Positions 33,615 through 43,196 are shown, numbered from the stretch's first letter. The stretch: 61,125 nucleotides of DNA from a virus (IMGVR_UViG_3300032315_001187:1-61125), one strand, 5' to 3'. A program made the numbers and translations. The notes: a model not told the origin generated them from the sequence alone.

Positions 33615-34835
33615 ATGGCTCGCATTCTTTACTGCGGTGATGTTGGCTGCGAAACGGGCTTTGGTCGCGTTGCCGAATACCTGATTCCCGCATTGGCCAA
33701 AGAGCATGAAGTGCATGCTCTTGCAGTCAATTACGGTGGCGATCCCAACAAGATGCAGCAAGTGTGTCAGATGTATCCCGCAATGGCATATGGCAGCGAT
33801 CCGTTCGGCTCCCATCGCATTGCCGAGCTAGTGCAGCGTATCAGCCCTGATATTGTGTGGGTGACCAACGACTTTTGGATTGGCATCAATCTTTGGCATC
33901 ACATCAAGGAACTGAAAGACAAGCTGGGTTTTAAGTTCTTTTGCTACACCCCCATCGACTCCTACGGCATCTATCCAGAGACGATGCCTCCCGTGCAAGA
34001 TTGGGACGGTATTGCCACTTACACGCAATTTGCAGCAGAAGAACTGCGCAAAGCTGGTTACGAAAAGCATATTGATGTGGTGGGTCATGGCACGGACTTT
34101 TCTAAGTTCTTCCCGCTAGATCAAACAGAATGTCGGACTGCTTTGGGCGTACCACAGGACGTGTTTATCGTCTTCAACGGCAATCGCAATCAACCACGCA
34201 AGCGCATTGACCTAACCATTAAAGGCTTCATTGAATTTGCCCTTGACAAGCCCGACGCTCGTCTCTGGCTTCACATGGGTCAGAAGGACATGGGCTGGGA
34301 TATCGTGCCATTGTTCAAGCGCGTTGCTCGTGATATGGGATATGACAGTGTTGGCAAGCTCATCCTTACCAATCCGGCATTCTCCACTGATAATTGTTTG
34401 CCCATTGAACAGCTCAATCAAGTGTATAACGCTGTTGACATTGGCGTGAACACTTGCATTGGCGAGGGATGGGGCCTCGTCAACACGGAGCATGCTGCCA
34501 CTGGCGTGGCGCAATTAGTGCCTGATCATACGAGCTTGAAGGAAATCTTTAAGGACATGCCGCGCATCCCCATCGAAAGCTGGGAAGTAGATAGGAACTA
34601 TGGGCTAGATAGGGGGCAGCCCTCGCCCAGTGCAATGGCAAGCCTTCTCACGCAATACTATGAGGACCGCGAGCTGCTTGCTTCCGTTGGCCAGCAATGT
34701 TACGAACGCATTCACGAGGCGGAATTGACCTGGCCCGCTGTAACAAGCAAAATGGAGGCAATCGTAAAACGCTTGCTCACGGAACCAGCGGCACAAGAAT
34801 TCAAAGGTTTTGGCACTCCCGCGAGGATTGATTGA
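33615..34835 (+). CDS. GT4-family glycosyltransferase
   Basis: TGFGRV, HGTD...F.P, NRNQPRKR, EGWGL..EH.A.G. Confidence 0.9.
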   Translation: MARILYCGDVGCETGFGRVAEYLIPALAKEHEVHALAVNYGGDPNKMQQVCQMYPAMAYGSDPFGSHRIAELVQRISPDIVWVTNDFWIGINLWHHIKELKDKLGFKFFCYTPIDSYGIYPETMPPVQDWDGIATYTQFAAEELRKAGYEKHIDVVGHGTDFSKFFPLDQTECRTALGVPQDVFIVFNGNRNQPRKRIDLTIKGFIEFALDKPDARLWLHMGQKDMGWDIVPLFKRVARDMGYDSVGKLILTNPAFSTDNCLPIEQLNQVYNAVDIGVNTCIGEGWGLVNTEHAATGVAQLVPDHTSLKEIFKDMPRIPIESWEVDRNYGLDRGQPSPSAMASLLTQYYEDRELLASVGQQCYERIHEAELTWPAVTSKMEAIVKRLLTEPAAQEFKGFGTPARID

Positions 34836-34837
34836 TC

Positions 34838-35554
34838 ATGGAAATTTCACAAATCTTTTTGAGCGATGACAAGGACGCGCAACTGTCACCATTCCTAGAG
34901 ATGGCGACTGGCAGCGTCAAAGCAGCCTTTCCCGAGGCTAATCACACCATCTACACAAATGAAACACTTCGTCAATTTATTGTTGATAATTACGACTCTG
35001 CTGTTGTTTGGGCTTACGATTCACTTCGCCCCTATTCGTATAAGGCAGACCTCGGGCGATTCTGCCTCTTGAGCACTCTTGGTGGTTGGTATTTTGATAT
35101 TGCCATCAGAGTGGTGAATCCAGTGAGCGTTGGAGATCGCATTGAATTTTTGGCTTTCCGCGACATCCAACGCTTCTCCTACACCACTTGGGCCTGTGCC
35201 ACAACAGTGCTCTATTCCAAGCCTGGCAACATTGCCCTGGAAACTGCCATTGACATGATTGTTGACAATTGCCGTGAAAAATACTATGGCATTACGCCAT
35301 TGTGTCCCACTGGCCCAACGCTCTTGGGAGCTGCATTAGCAACTCACGGTGGCAATGTCAATCATGTGTTTGGCGACTATCTGGAACTCACGCCCACTCA
35401 TGAACAGAAAAATCGTGCATTTGTGCTGCCCGATGGCACAATCATGGCATGGAGTAAGCCGTCTGGCGGCGGGGACCTCACGCAACTAGGGGCCAAGGGT
35501 ACTAATAATTACAATGAGCTATGGGCCGCGAGGGACGTATATGCAACCGTCTGA
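34838..35554 (+). CDS. GT32/OCH1-like glycosyltransferase
   Basis: KADLGRFC.L...GGWYFD, PTGP. Confidence 0.85.
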   Translation: MEISQIFLSDDKDAQLSPFLEMATGSVKAAFPEANHTIYTNETLRQFIVDNYDSAVVWAYDSLRPYSYKADLGRFCLLSTLGGWYFDIAIRVVNPVSVGDRIEFLAFRDIQRFSYTTWACATTVLYSKPGNIALETAIDMIVDNCREKYYGITPLCPTGPTLLGAALATHGGNVNHVFGDYLELTPTHEQKNRAFVLPDGTIMAWSKPSGGGDLTQLGAKGTNNYNELWAARDVYATV

Positions 35555-36257
35555 TTGGGCAATTTATGCTGTGTGCATTCCTGGCAAAGAAGTGCGCTAT
35601 TCGTCGCGTGCCCCACTAATTCCAATTATGGGCGGAGCTTGTACTTTGTCCGAAGATATGCGCACTGAGCTTTCCTCCAGGGGGTATAGCTTTGACGACG
35701 AGGGATGTAATTTGTCATCGTTAAATGCCAGATTTGGAGAATTGTCTTGTATTAAATGGATTGTCAATAATGCGCCGCAGTTAAATATTGGCAATGCACA
35801 GTACCGTCGCAATTGGATTGAGCCCAGTGATGAATGGTACGACGCAAATACTTTATACGTGCCAGAATTTGCAGAGTTTAGCTGTAGCCTTGAGCAGCAA
35901 TTTTATGGTGGACATTCAGCTTTTGACGCGCCATCAATTACCAGGACGCTAGCTGATACTGGTCAATGGTTATTTTCCCGCGAAGAAATAGATAAAATTT
36001 GGAAGCAAAATTTATTCATTGGTTGCAACATGGCGCGTGGACCACGTGGTCAGTACCAAAAGTTTATGACCACTCTTCTTGAGGCATTAATGCCAATCTG
36101 GAGGGAGAATAAAGAATCTTTTCTACAGATTGAAGGCTACGACAAAAGGGCAATTGCTTTTATCGCAGAGCGACTAATCACTGGCATGGTCTTGTATCGC
36201 GAGAAGCTTTTTCCTGACATAAACATTGCCACGGCCCCCATAGGCTTCATACCTTGA
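35541..36257 (+). CDS. DUF4422-family glycosyltransferase
   Basis: ELS..W, QYRR, CNM, R..AF.AERL. Confidence 0.75.
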   Translation: MQPSDWAIYAVCIPGKEVRYSSRAPLIPIMGGACTLSEDMRTELSSRGYSFDDEGCNLSSLNARFGELSCIKWIVNNAPQLNIGNAQYRRNWIEPSDEWYDANTLYVPEFAEFSCSLEQQFYGGHSAFDAPSITRTLADTGQWLFSREEIDKIWKQNLFIGCNMARGPRGQYQKFMTTLLEALMPIWRENKESFLQIEGYDKRAIAFIAERLITGMVLYREKLFPDINIATAPIGFIP

Positions 36258-36283
36258 CTATGCTTTTAGAAAGCCTTTGAACC

Positions 36284-36529
36284 ATGACAAAAAAACAAAA
36301 GCAAGCAAAAATTGCCAAGGTGATGCGCGAGTTTAAGGCTGGCACTCTCAAGGGCAGCGACAAGAAAGCCATTACCAACCGCAAGCAGGCAATTGCCATT
36401 GCTCTTTCCGAAGCTGGCATGTCGATGCAAGGCAAGAGCGACGAATATTGGGACAGCTACGTGGTGACAATCATGGGCGAAGAAGAGGAAGAAGAAGAAA
36501 TGGAGGATCCCGAAGAGGGAAAGTCCTAA
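36284..36529 (+). CDS. DUF6496-like small protein; N-terminal part of a probable frameshift fusion
   Basis: KVMREFKAGTL...KQAIAIALSEAG, acidic tail. Confidence 0.8.
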   Translation: MTKKQKQAKIAKVMREFKAGTLKGSDKKAITNRKQAIAIALSEAGMSMQGKSDEYWDSYVVTIMGEEEEEEEMEDPEEGKS

Positions 36530-36876
36530 GGGGAGACGCCGAATCCTTCTCCCCTCCATCGTCTGTACGGTCTGCAGCGCGTCGTGGGCTTGAATTGCGT
36601 AAGAAGTATCGCAAGGGCGGCTTAACCACCCAGGAAGCCGGTAAACAGGGCATTGGGAGCGGCGTGGCGCGTGCAACGAGCTTGGCTAATGGGCAAAGCG
36701 TAAGTTTTGAAACAATCAAGCGCATGGCGGCATTCTTTTCTCGTCACGAAAAAAATAAAAGTGGTGGTGAAAATGATGCTGGATTTATCAGCCATCAATT
36801 ATGGGGAGGAGACGCGGGTAGGGCGTGGGCGATTCGTGTGATTAAGATGGTTGAAAATCGCCAATCAAAACAGTGA
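36517..36876 (+). CDS. Head-associated domain, probably reached by -1 frameshift
   Basis: ARRGL...RM..FFSRHE...LWGGDAG.AWA; no plausible start codon of its own. Confidence 0.7.
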   Translation, partial: GKVLRGDAESFSPPSSVRSAARRGLELRKKYRKGGLTTQEAGKQGIGSGVARATSLANGQSVSFETIKRMAAFFSRHEKNKSGGENDAGFISHQLWGGDAGRAWAIRVIKMVENRQSKQ

Positions 36877-37184
36877 GCGAATACGTAAGAGTGATCGAAG
36901 CTGAAGAGGATGGCATTGGCGTGATGAAAGCGCTTGCCATTCTTTCATCCAATGAGCATCGCGACACCAGCGAGTGGCACTTGGTGGAGAAGCAATGCTT
37001 CAAGAATGGACGACTGGACGAAACGCATATTTACTGCGAGAGTCACTATGACAAGCCCGTTCCTTATTTTGAAAAAACCAAGTTTCTCACTTTTGAAGTG
37101 GAGGCAATGGCAAAGGCATATGTGATGGAAAGCATTGAAGAACAACTGCGTGACATTCGTGAGGGAGATGACGGCGAGGATTAA
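36873..37184 (+). CDS. Hypothetical protein
   Basis: GTGA overlap. Confidence 0.7.
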   Translation: MSEYVRVIEAEEDGIGVMKALAILSSNEHRDTSEWHLVEKQCFKNGRLDETHIYCESHYDKPVPYFEKTKFLTFEVEAMAKAYVMESIEEQLRDIREGDDGED

Positions 37185-37465
37185 TCCCTTACGGCATTGA
37201 CAATAAAGCTGGGCATTCCCAGGAGCCACAATACGGATAGGCCGTAGAGTCCACTAATAGTTGCTAACTGCACGGCACTTGGTTCCGTTTCTCCGCTTTC
37301 AATGCGACAGTAAGTGGATTGTCCAATGTGCAATACCGCTGCCACGTCACGCTGACTCAGGCCGCTATTTAAGCGTGCATCTTTCAACCGTGAAGCTACC
37401 AACGCACGACGTTGGTAGTGTGGCATGTTCAACGCATTGACACTGCTGGCCATCATCCTAGTCAT
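37181..37465 (-). CDS. XRE-family HTH transcriptional regulator
   Basis: RLKDARLNSGLSQRDVA..L.I.QSTY..IESG..EP. Confidence 0.85.
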   Translation of the reverse strand: MTRMMASSVNALNMPHYQRRALVASRLKDARLNSGLSQRDVAAVLHIGQSTYCRIESGETEPSAVQLATISGLYGLSVLWLLGMPSFIVNAVRD

Positions 37466-37525
37466 GTGATCTATCTCTGGCTCAAGAATCGCAATCTAAC
37501 ACAAATTGTTTGCTATTCTTAATGC

Positions 37526-38719
37526 ATGAGCACCACATGCTTTCGCTACGATGTAGCGCCAATTGAAAAATACGAAACCACACCCGAGGGCTACCTGAGG
37601 TGCTGGTCTACTATTGCTCGGACAGGCGTACAAATGTACACCGATGCCGATGGTTCAATTCGTCGCGAATATCGTCCCGAAGTTGAAGTGGCGTCTCCAG
37701 AAAGCTTGGCCTCGTTTGCGGGCAAGGCAATCACTCTTGAACATCCTCCAGTCTTGCTTGATAGTTCCAATACAAAGGACTATCAAATTGGGTTTAGTGG
37801 CACTGAAGTGGTATATGACGACGGCTTTGTCCGTGCCGTTATGACTATCACTGATAAAGACGCCATTGAACGCATCATGAAGGGCGATGCGAAAGAGGTA
37901 AGCGCTGGCTATAGGGTTTCCTATAACCCCACTCCCGGCGTCACTGACAGCGGTGAGAATTACGATGGCATCCAAACGGGTATCAGCGGGAATCACATTG
38001 CCGTGGTGCGTAGGGGGCGGGCTGGCCCGCAAGTGAAGCTCCATCTAGACCGTCTAGATGCCGCTGATCCATCTCTAATGAATACTGAGGATTCATCAAT
38101 GACTGCAAAGGTCGTGTTTGATGGCGCCGAGTTCGAGGTGACCGAGAGCGTTGCTCTGGCAATCACCAAAGAACGTGAAGACGCCAAGATGTCCTACGAG
38201 GACATGAAGAAAAAATACGATGGCATGATGTCCGAAGCTTCCAAAATGAAGGAAGAAATGGACGCCATGAAAAAGGAAATGAGCGGTAAGTGCGACTCTG
38301 CTGAAGGTCGTGCTGACGCACTTGCTGAAGAAGTGGAAGTCCTTAAAACAGACCTCTCTGCTGCTCAACAAGTCAACGTTGACAGCCTCATCGAGGAGCG
38401 CATTGCTCTGATCGACAAGGCTCGCACCTCTCTTGATTCCGCTTTCGATTTTGCTGGCAAGTCTGCTCGTGAAATCATGGAAGCTTCCATCAAAACCGTT
38501 CGTGGCGATGACTGTGATCTCTCGGAGCGTTCCGATGATTACGTGACTGCCATGTTCGACACTCTGGCTGCAACTGGCGCTCGCGCTGATTCGGCCACCA
38601 CCGATGAGCTGCGTAAAGCCGTTGCTTCCATCGCCTCCCCGCTTTCTGCTCCTGACTCCTACATGGATAAGCTGCAGAACGCTTGGAAATCCCCCCTCTC
38701 CGTCTCTAAGGAGCGCTGA
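37526..38719 (+). CDS. DUF2213 prohead protease/scaffold protein
   Basis: TPEGYL, ARTG...Y, T.EHP, EVSAGY, NHIAVV..GRAG; coiled-coil C-terminus. Confidence 0.88.
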   Translation: MSTTCFRYDVAPIEKYETTPEGYLRCWSTIARTGVQMYTDADGSIRREYRPEVEVASPESLASFAGKAITLEHPPVLLDSSNTKDYQIGFSGTEVVYDDGFVRAVMTITDKDAIERIMKGDAKEVSAGYRVSYNPTPGVTDSGENYDGIQTGISGNHIAVVRRGRAGPQVKLHLDRLDAADPSLMNTEDSSMTAKVVFDGAEFEVTESVALAITKEREDAKMSYEDMKKKYDGMMSEASKMKEEMDAMKKEMSGKCDSAEGRADALAEEVEVLKTDLSAAQQVNVDSLIEERIALIDKARTSLDSAFDFAGKSAREIMEASIKTVRGDDCDLSERSDDYVTAMFDTLAATGARADSATTDELRKAVASIASPLSAPDSYMDKLQNAWKSPLSVSKER

Positions 38720-38722
38720 TCC

Positions 38723-39283
38723 ATGGCCGTAACTTTCTCTGCCTCGGGGACCGCTACCGCTGGTGGCGTGCAACAGAGCTACGCTCTGACTCACGTTGCT
38801 CTGCTGGAAGGCCAACTCTCCGACATCCGCGACAATACCATTAACACCCACGTCAACGAAACCGGCGCCGTCCTGGCTTTCGGTAACGTTGTTGTGTACA
38901 ACTCTGCTGGTACTGTCCCCAACTCTACCAAGACCATTTCTGCCAGCGGCGACAGTGTTCGTGGCGTCAACGTCCTCACCTATGTGGACGAAACCGCCCT
39001 CGATGCCAACAGCCGTCCCGGCGTTAAGACTGCTCAAGCTGTCAACGTGGCTAACGAAGGTGCCGTTGCCGTGTATGTACACGGTAGTGTCAACCCCACC
39101 ACTGCTGTTCGCGTGATGCACACCACTTCTGGTGTTCGTTATGCAGGCCAGTTTACTGCCGCTGCTGTCCCCACTCGCTCGGCACTGTTGACCAATGCTC
39201 GTTACCTCAACTCCGTCACTGGCTCCGGCCTGGCGATTCTTGAGCTGAACGGTCCGTCCTTCACCCTCACTGGCGATTCGTAA
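38723..39283 (+). CDS. Capsid decoration/cement protein
   Basis: Beta-rich; lies between DUF2213 and the major capsid gene. Confidence 0.75.
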   Translation: MAVTFSASGTATAGGVQQSYALTHVALLEGQLSDIRDNTINTHVNETGAVLAFGNVVVYNSAGTVPNSTKTISASGDSVRGVNVLTYVDETALDANSRPGVKTAQAVNVANEGAVAVYVHGSVNPTTAVRVMHTTSGVRYAGQFTAAAVPTRSALLTNARYLNSVTGSGLAILELNGPSFTLTGDS

Positions 39284-39295
39284 GAGGAACCCCCA

Positions 39296-40210
39296 ATGAA
39301 CGATTTTCGTATGGATGATGCGGGTCTGTTTCTTGAGCGTCAGCTTGAGTACATCCGCCCGCAAGTATTTGAAGTTCAGTACGCTGACATCAAATACCCC
39401 ACAATTCTGCCTGTAACCAGCGAAGCTGGTCCTGGCGCACAGACCTTCACCTATCGGATCATGGATTCGACCGGTGAGTTCCGTCTGATTGCTGATGCTG
39501 CTGACGATCTGCCCCGCGCCGACATCAGCCAAGTTGAAAAGAGCATCAACATCCGCTCTTTCGGTGGTTCCTTCGGTTATACCGTGCAGGAACTGCGTGC
39601 CGCACAAATGGCCAACATTGCTCTTGAGCAGCGTCGTGCCACTGCTGTGCGTCGTGCTTACGAAGAGAAAGTGGAAAGCGTTGCCATGTTTGGCGAATCT
39701 TCCGTTGGTCTCACCGGCTTCTTCAACAATGCCACTGTTGACATTGTTGCTGCTGACAAGTGGTTCACCACTGTTTCGATCACTGCCCAGGAAATGCTTG
39801 AACTGCTGAACTATGGCGTTAGCGCCATCATCAACGGTTCCAACATGAAGGAGCAGCCCGACACGATTCTGCTGGCTTACGAGGACTACAACAAAATTAG
39901 CACCACTCGCAACTCCGATTCTTCGGACGTGACTGTGCTTGAGTATTTCCTCCGCACCAACCCCTACATCAACAACATTGAGCCCATCAATCAACTGACG
40001 AAGGGTAAGAACGCCGGTCGCCTCAACACGAGCCGCATGGTGGTGTACAAGCGTGATCCCGAGAAAGTGCAACTGCACATTCCTCAACCCCTTGAGCTGT
40101 TCCCCGCTCAACAACGTGGTCTTGAGTTCATTGTTCCTGCTCACGCTCGCGTGGGTGGTGTGGCTCTGTACTATCCCAAGAGCATGATCTACGTTCAAGC
40201 TTCTTCTTGA
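39296..40210 (+). CDS. Major capsid protein (DUF2184 type)
   Basis: FL.RQL..I, Y..QEL.AA, G..GFFN, ARVGGV..YYP; strong codon bias. Confidence 0.9.
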   Translation: MNDFRMDDAGLFLERQLEYIRPQVFEVQYADIKYPTILPVTSEAGPGAQTFTYRIMDSTGEFRLIADAADDLPRADISQVEKSINIRSFGGSFGYTVQELRAAQMANIALEQRRATAVRRAYEEKVESVAMFGESSVGLTGFFNNATVDIVAADKWFTTVSITAQEMLELLNYGVSAIINGSNMKEQPDTILLAYEDYNKISTTRNSDSSDVTVLEYFLRTNPYINNIEPINQLTKGKNAGRLNTSRMVVYKRDPEKVQLHIPQPLELFPAQQRGLEFIVPAHARVGGVALYYPKSMIYVQASS

Positions 40211-40263
40211 GCCTAGACGAGTGAAGGGCGCTAAGCTAATCGTCAGTTCTTAAGAACATTCAA

Positions 40264-40650
40264 ATGTTGATTGCTTATCGCCCTGAACTTGAAAATCCAC
40301 CTCGTGAAGGCGGGTTTGGTATTATCACCGAATCAGGCATGATTCAACTTGCTCCTGGCCTTAACCAGGAAATTCCAGAGCAACAATGGGCAAAGGCTCG
40401 TGAAAACGCTGCCATCAAACGTCTCATGACAATTGGTGCCATTGAAGAAGTGAGGGAGCAACTGACAGTGGAAGAGATTCCGCATGATGTGCAAACTCTT
40501 TCAAACATGCCTCTCATTGAAGCCATCCGCACCATTGAAATCATTCATGACCTTGGCCAACTGGCTGAGTGGAAGAAGATTGAAGGGCGCGTGAGGGTTC
40601 GTAATGCCATCGCCAAACGTCAAGAAGCTATCAAAATTGGCAGGGCATAA
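40264..40650 (+). CDS. Hypothetical head-associated protein
   Basis: Position after the major capsid gene. Confidence 0.7.
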   Translation: MLIAYRPELENPPREGGFGIITESGMIQLAPGLNQEIPEQQWAKARENAAIKRLMTIGAIEEVREQLTVEEIPHDVQTLSNMPLIEAIRTIEIIHDLGQLAEWKKIEGRVRVRNAIAKRQEAIKIGRA

Positions 40651-40652
40651 TA

Positions 40653-40967
40653 ATGACTGTCACTTATGCAAGCTTCCTTGATCGGTTTCCTGAATTCCTT
40701 CCCCATCCATCGGGGATTGTCAATGGGGCCATTTCCGAGGCAACTGCTGATGCGTCTGAAGATGTGTTTGGAGATCAAACAGATCGAGCAGTGAAGCATT
40801 TAGCAGCTCACATTATTGCCATTCAACTTGCACAAATGGGCGTTCAAATTGGCGCCACCGATGGCAAGGTTTATGGCAAAGGGCTGGAGGCCACTCAATA
40901 TGGCCAAGAGTTCAAACGAATGCTTGAAACCGTCGCTGGTTCTTTCACCATTGGTTTTGTCGCATGA
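40653..40967 (+). CDS. Head-tail connector (DUF4054-like)
   Basis: F..RFPEF...LAAH...TQYGQEF. Confidence 0.85.
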   Translation: MTVTYASFLDRFPEFLPHPSGIVNGAISEATADASEDVFGDQTDRAVKHLAAHIIAIQLAQMGVQIGATDGKVYGKGLEATQYGQEFKRMLETVAGSFTIGFVA

Positions 40968-41353
40968 TCAACGGACTGTCGCCATTAGCAAACGCTACGC
41001 TCACGTGGAGCGTTGCTTCTGGCTACACCACTGATTCCGAGACTGGCAATTACATTCCCGTGACAAGCGGCGTTGTGTACTACGCCAGTCTCAAGCAGAA
41101 AGCCAATCCACGGTACGATTATTTGCTAGGCGCTGATAATACGGCTGTGTACATGGAGGGACGCTTGACAGGGCCCTTGGCCCTCTCTGGCATCACTCCT
41201 GGCAGTAATGCTTCTGCAACAATCAATGGGAGGGAAGGACGGTTTGAGCTTCTGCCTAACGAGCAAATTGCTGAACACTATTGGCAATTTCTTGGCACGC
41301 CAATCAGAGGAATATTTAGACTGGTTGGCAAAGGAAGCGTCTTGAACGCTTAA
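40964..41353 (+). CDS. Putative head closure protein
   Basis: Synteny; beta-rich. Confidence 0.6.
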   Translation: MINGLSPLANATLTWSVASGYTTDSETGNYIPVTSGVVYYASLKQKANPRYDYLLGADNTAVYMEGRLTGPLALSGITPGSNASATINGREGRFELLPNEQIAEHYWQFLGTPIRGIFRLVGKGSVLNA

Positions 41354-41383
41354 CCGTTCCTTCTTTTATCCCATTGAGGACAA

Positions 41384-41962
41384 ATGACTCTCTACCATCC
41401 AACTGAATTGGTTAAGAGCCAAGACGTTATCGTTCGTGTTGGCTCTATTTCCGGTACTGCTCGCCCTGTGATCACTCAGAGCGGCGCTACCTTCACCGTG
41501 AGCGGTGCTCCCACCCTTTACACCCTGCAAGCGGCTACGACGGCTTCCATTGCCTTCAACGACAACAACACTGAGTTCTACTTGCTTGGCGGCGGTGGCT
41601 TCTCTGATAGCGTTATCACCAGCTCTGCTGCAACGGCTGCCGTCACCTCCTACTTCCAGAAGGATGTTGATGGTACTACGTTCCTGCCCGATAGTTTTGA
41701 CGAAGCCTTCCAGGTGATCGCCACTGCTCGTTACGATAAAAACGCCGAAGTGTATGTTGAAATCAACAAGCAACTCGGTTCTAGCGGCACCACTTTCTAC
41801 TACGACCGCGTTGCGTTTGTTAGCCGCGTGATGAACTATAACGAGAGCTATCCTGCTGATAATCTCGTGGAATGCACCTTCGACCTTATGAGCCGTGGCC
41901 GCATTGGTATTCACCAGAATGCTACCAACACTGGTTCCATCATTCCTTCTGCTCCCAACTAA
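41384..41962 (+). CDS. Major tail tube protein
   Basis: Strong codon bias, Thr/Ser-rich, followed by a terminator, upstream of the chaperones. Confidence 0.75.
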   Translation: MTLYHPTELVKSQDVIVRVGSISGTARPVITQSGATFTVSGAPTLYTLQAATTASIAFNDNNTEFYLLGGGGFSDSVITSSAATAAVTSYFQKDVDGTTFLPDSFDEAFQVIATARYDKNAEVYVEINKQLGSSGTTFYYDRVAFVSRVMNYNESYPADNLVECTFDLMSRGRIGIHQNATNTGSIIPSAPN

Positions 41963-41987
41963 GCGCTGTTTCCCATTGTTTTTGCTA

Positions 41988-42016
41988 GCCTTCCCTTACG
42001 GGGAGGCCTTTTTATT
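41988..42016 (+). terminator. Intrinsic terminator
   Basis: GCCTTCCC-ttac-GGGGAGGC then CTTTTTATT. Confidence 0.75.
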
Positions 42017-42427
42017 GTGAATATTACCCAGCTACGCGACACTGTTAGCAGCTTGCTCGGAGCGTCTCCAAGTCTTCTTGGCACTTATACGCTGCCCAAC
42101 AATACAACAACACCAGCCCTTTACATAGTTGGGCGTCAAAGTGTGCCTTCGGACTGGAAAGTTACTGGCTTGGAAGCATCAATAAGCGAGTTTCCTGAAA
42201 TATCCCCCAAGCCAATGGTGGGTACTCTTCGTAATCGGCAGACTTGGACGGTCATGCTTGTTGACTACACTACAGCCTCAAACAAATTACAAACTGCTGC
42301 TCAGCGAATGGCAAGGGTCTTTCCAGACGCTGTTTTCTCCTTTTCTCCCGAGTCTGATATTGCCTATGGTCAATATCGCATTAGGATTCCAGATGTACAG
42401 TTGCTCAATCTTTACCCCCCATCGTGA
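42017..42427 (+). CDS. Putative tail completion/terminator protein
   Basis: Synteny and size. Confidence 0.5.
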   Translation: MNITQLRDTVSSLLGASPSLLGTYTLPNNTTTPALYIVGRQSVPSDWKVTGLEASISEFPEISPKPMVGTLRNRQTWTVMLVDYTTASNKLQTAAQRMARVFPDAVFSFSPESDIAYGQYRIRIPDVQLLNLYPPS

Positions 42428-42657
42428 AATTACTTAAGAGCAAATGCGAGAAGGCATGGTTTTTTGATGCGCGAAAAACAAAGGACATGCTTGATGTTGG
42501 TTTTTGCTGCTTTCTTCCCGAATGCCCGCCGGAAGTAGAAATAACTTTCAGGGGAGTGCGCATGATGGCAATGGTTCCCAAGCGGGCCGCCTACTCTGCT
42601 GTGCCAACTCGTGCAATCAATGTTAAGCTATTCCTGTTTCCAATAGACGACAAATGA
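42424..42657 (+). CDS. Hypothetical protein
   Basis: Overlaps both neighbours by 4 nt. Confidence 0.55.
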   Translation: MKLLKSKCEKAWFFDARKTKDMLDVGFCCFLPECPPEVEITFRGVRMMAMVPKRAAYSAVPTRAINVKLFLFPIDDK

Positions 42658-43196
42658 GTAAATACTCAGAAATTTTCCTTGTCGGTAGTGCCGAATACGA
42701 AGAACTTGGTTCGCATTTGCGCGTAAGAAAATATGGCAGTTGGCTGGCAGAGGAGTCATGGGTGAAGGAAGATCAATCACGGGATCGCGCTCAGTTCACG
42801 CTTAAAGCCATTCAACTTGCTCGTCGCATTGCAAAAGAAAAAGGCATTTCAGAAGAAGAAGCTTTTCAGCTCCTGCAGGGCGGCGGCGGCGAAAATTCTG
42901 TCTATCTCAACGAATTTTCGGAAGAAGCGGCTGACTTAATGGCATGCATGCCTTCTTACCGCGAGCAATTTGAGCAACTGGCGACGGTCTTCCTTCGCAA
43001 TAGAGGCGAGGTATTGAGTGGTAAAAAGTGGATAGCAACAGAAGACTGGGGAAAGGAAGACACTGCAAAACTCACTACAGAGATGATGCAGAATCTTGAG
43101 CTTTTCATGGCCAAGGAAGATAATAGTCAGCTTGACAATGAAGCTACAGATGATGAAGATAGCGGCGAGGAGGCAGAAGCCAGCCCAAAGGACTAG
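42654..43196 (+). CDS. Tail assembly chaperone (gpG-like)
   Basis: Acidic; C CCA AAG slippery site before the stop. Confidence 0.75.
   Translation: MSKYSEIFLVGSAEYEELGSHLRVRKYGSWLAEESWVKEDQSRDRAQFTLKAIQLARRIAKEKGISEEEAFQLLQGGGGENSVYLNEFSEEAADLMACMPSYREQFEQLATVFLRNRGEVLSGKKWIATEDWGKEDTAKLTTEMMQNLELFMAKEDNSQLDNEATDDEDSGEEAEASPKD

Noticed and set aside
38096-40198. 700-aa ORF on the minus strand
   Set aside because: Antisense shadow of the strongly codon-biased scaffold, decoration and capsid genes; no recognisable motifs.
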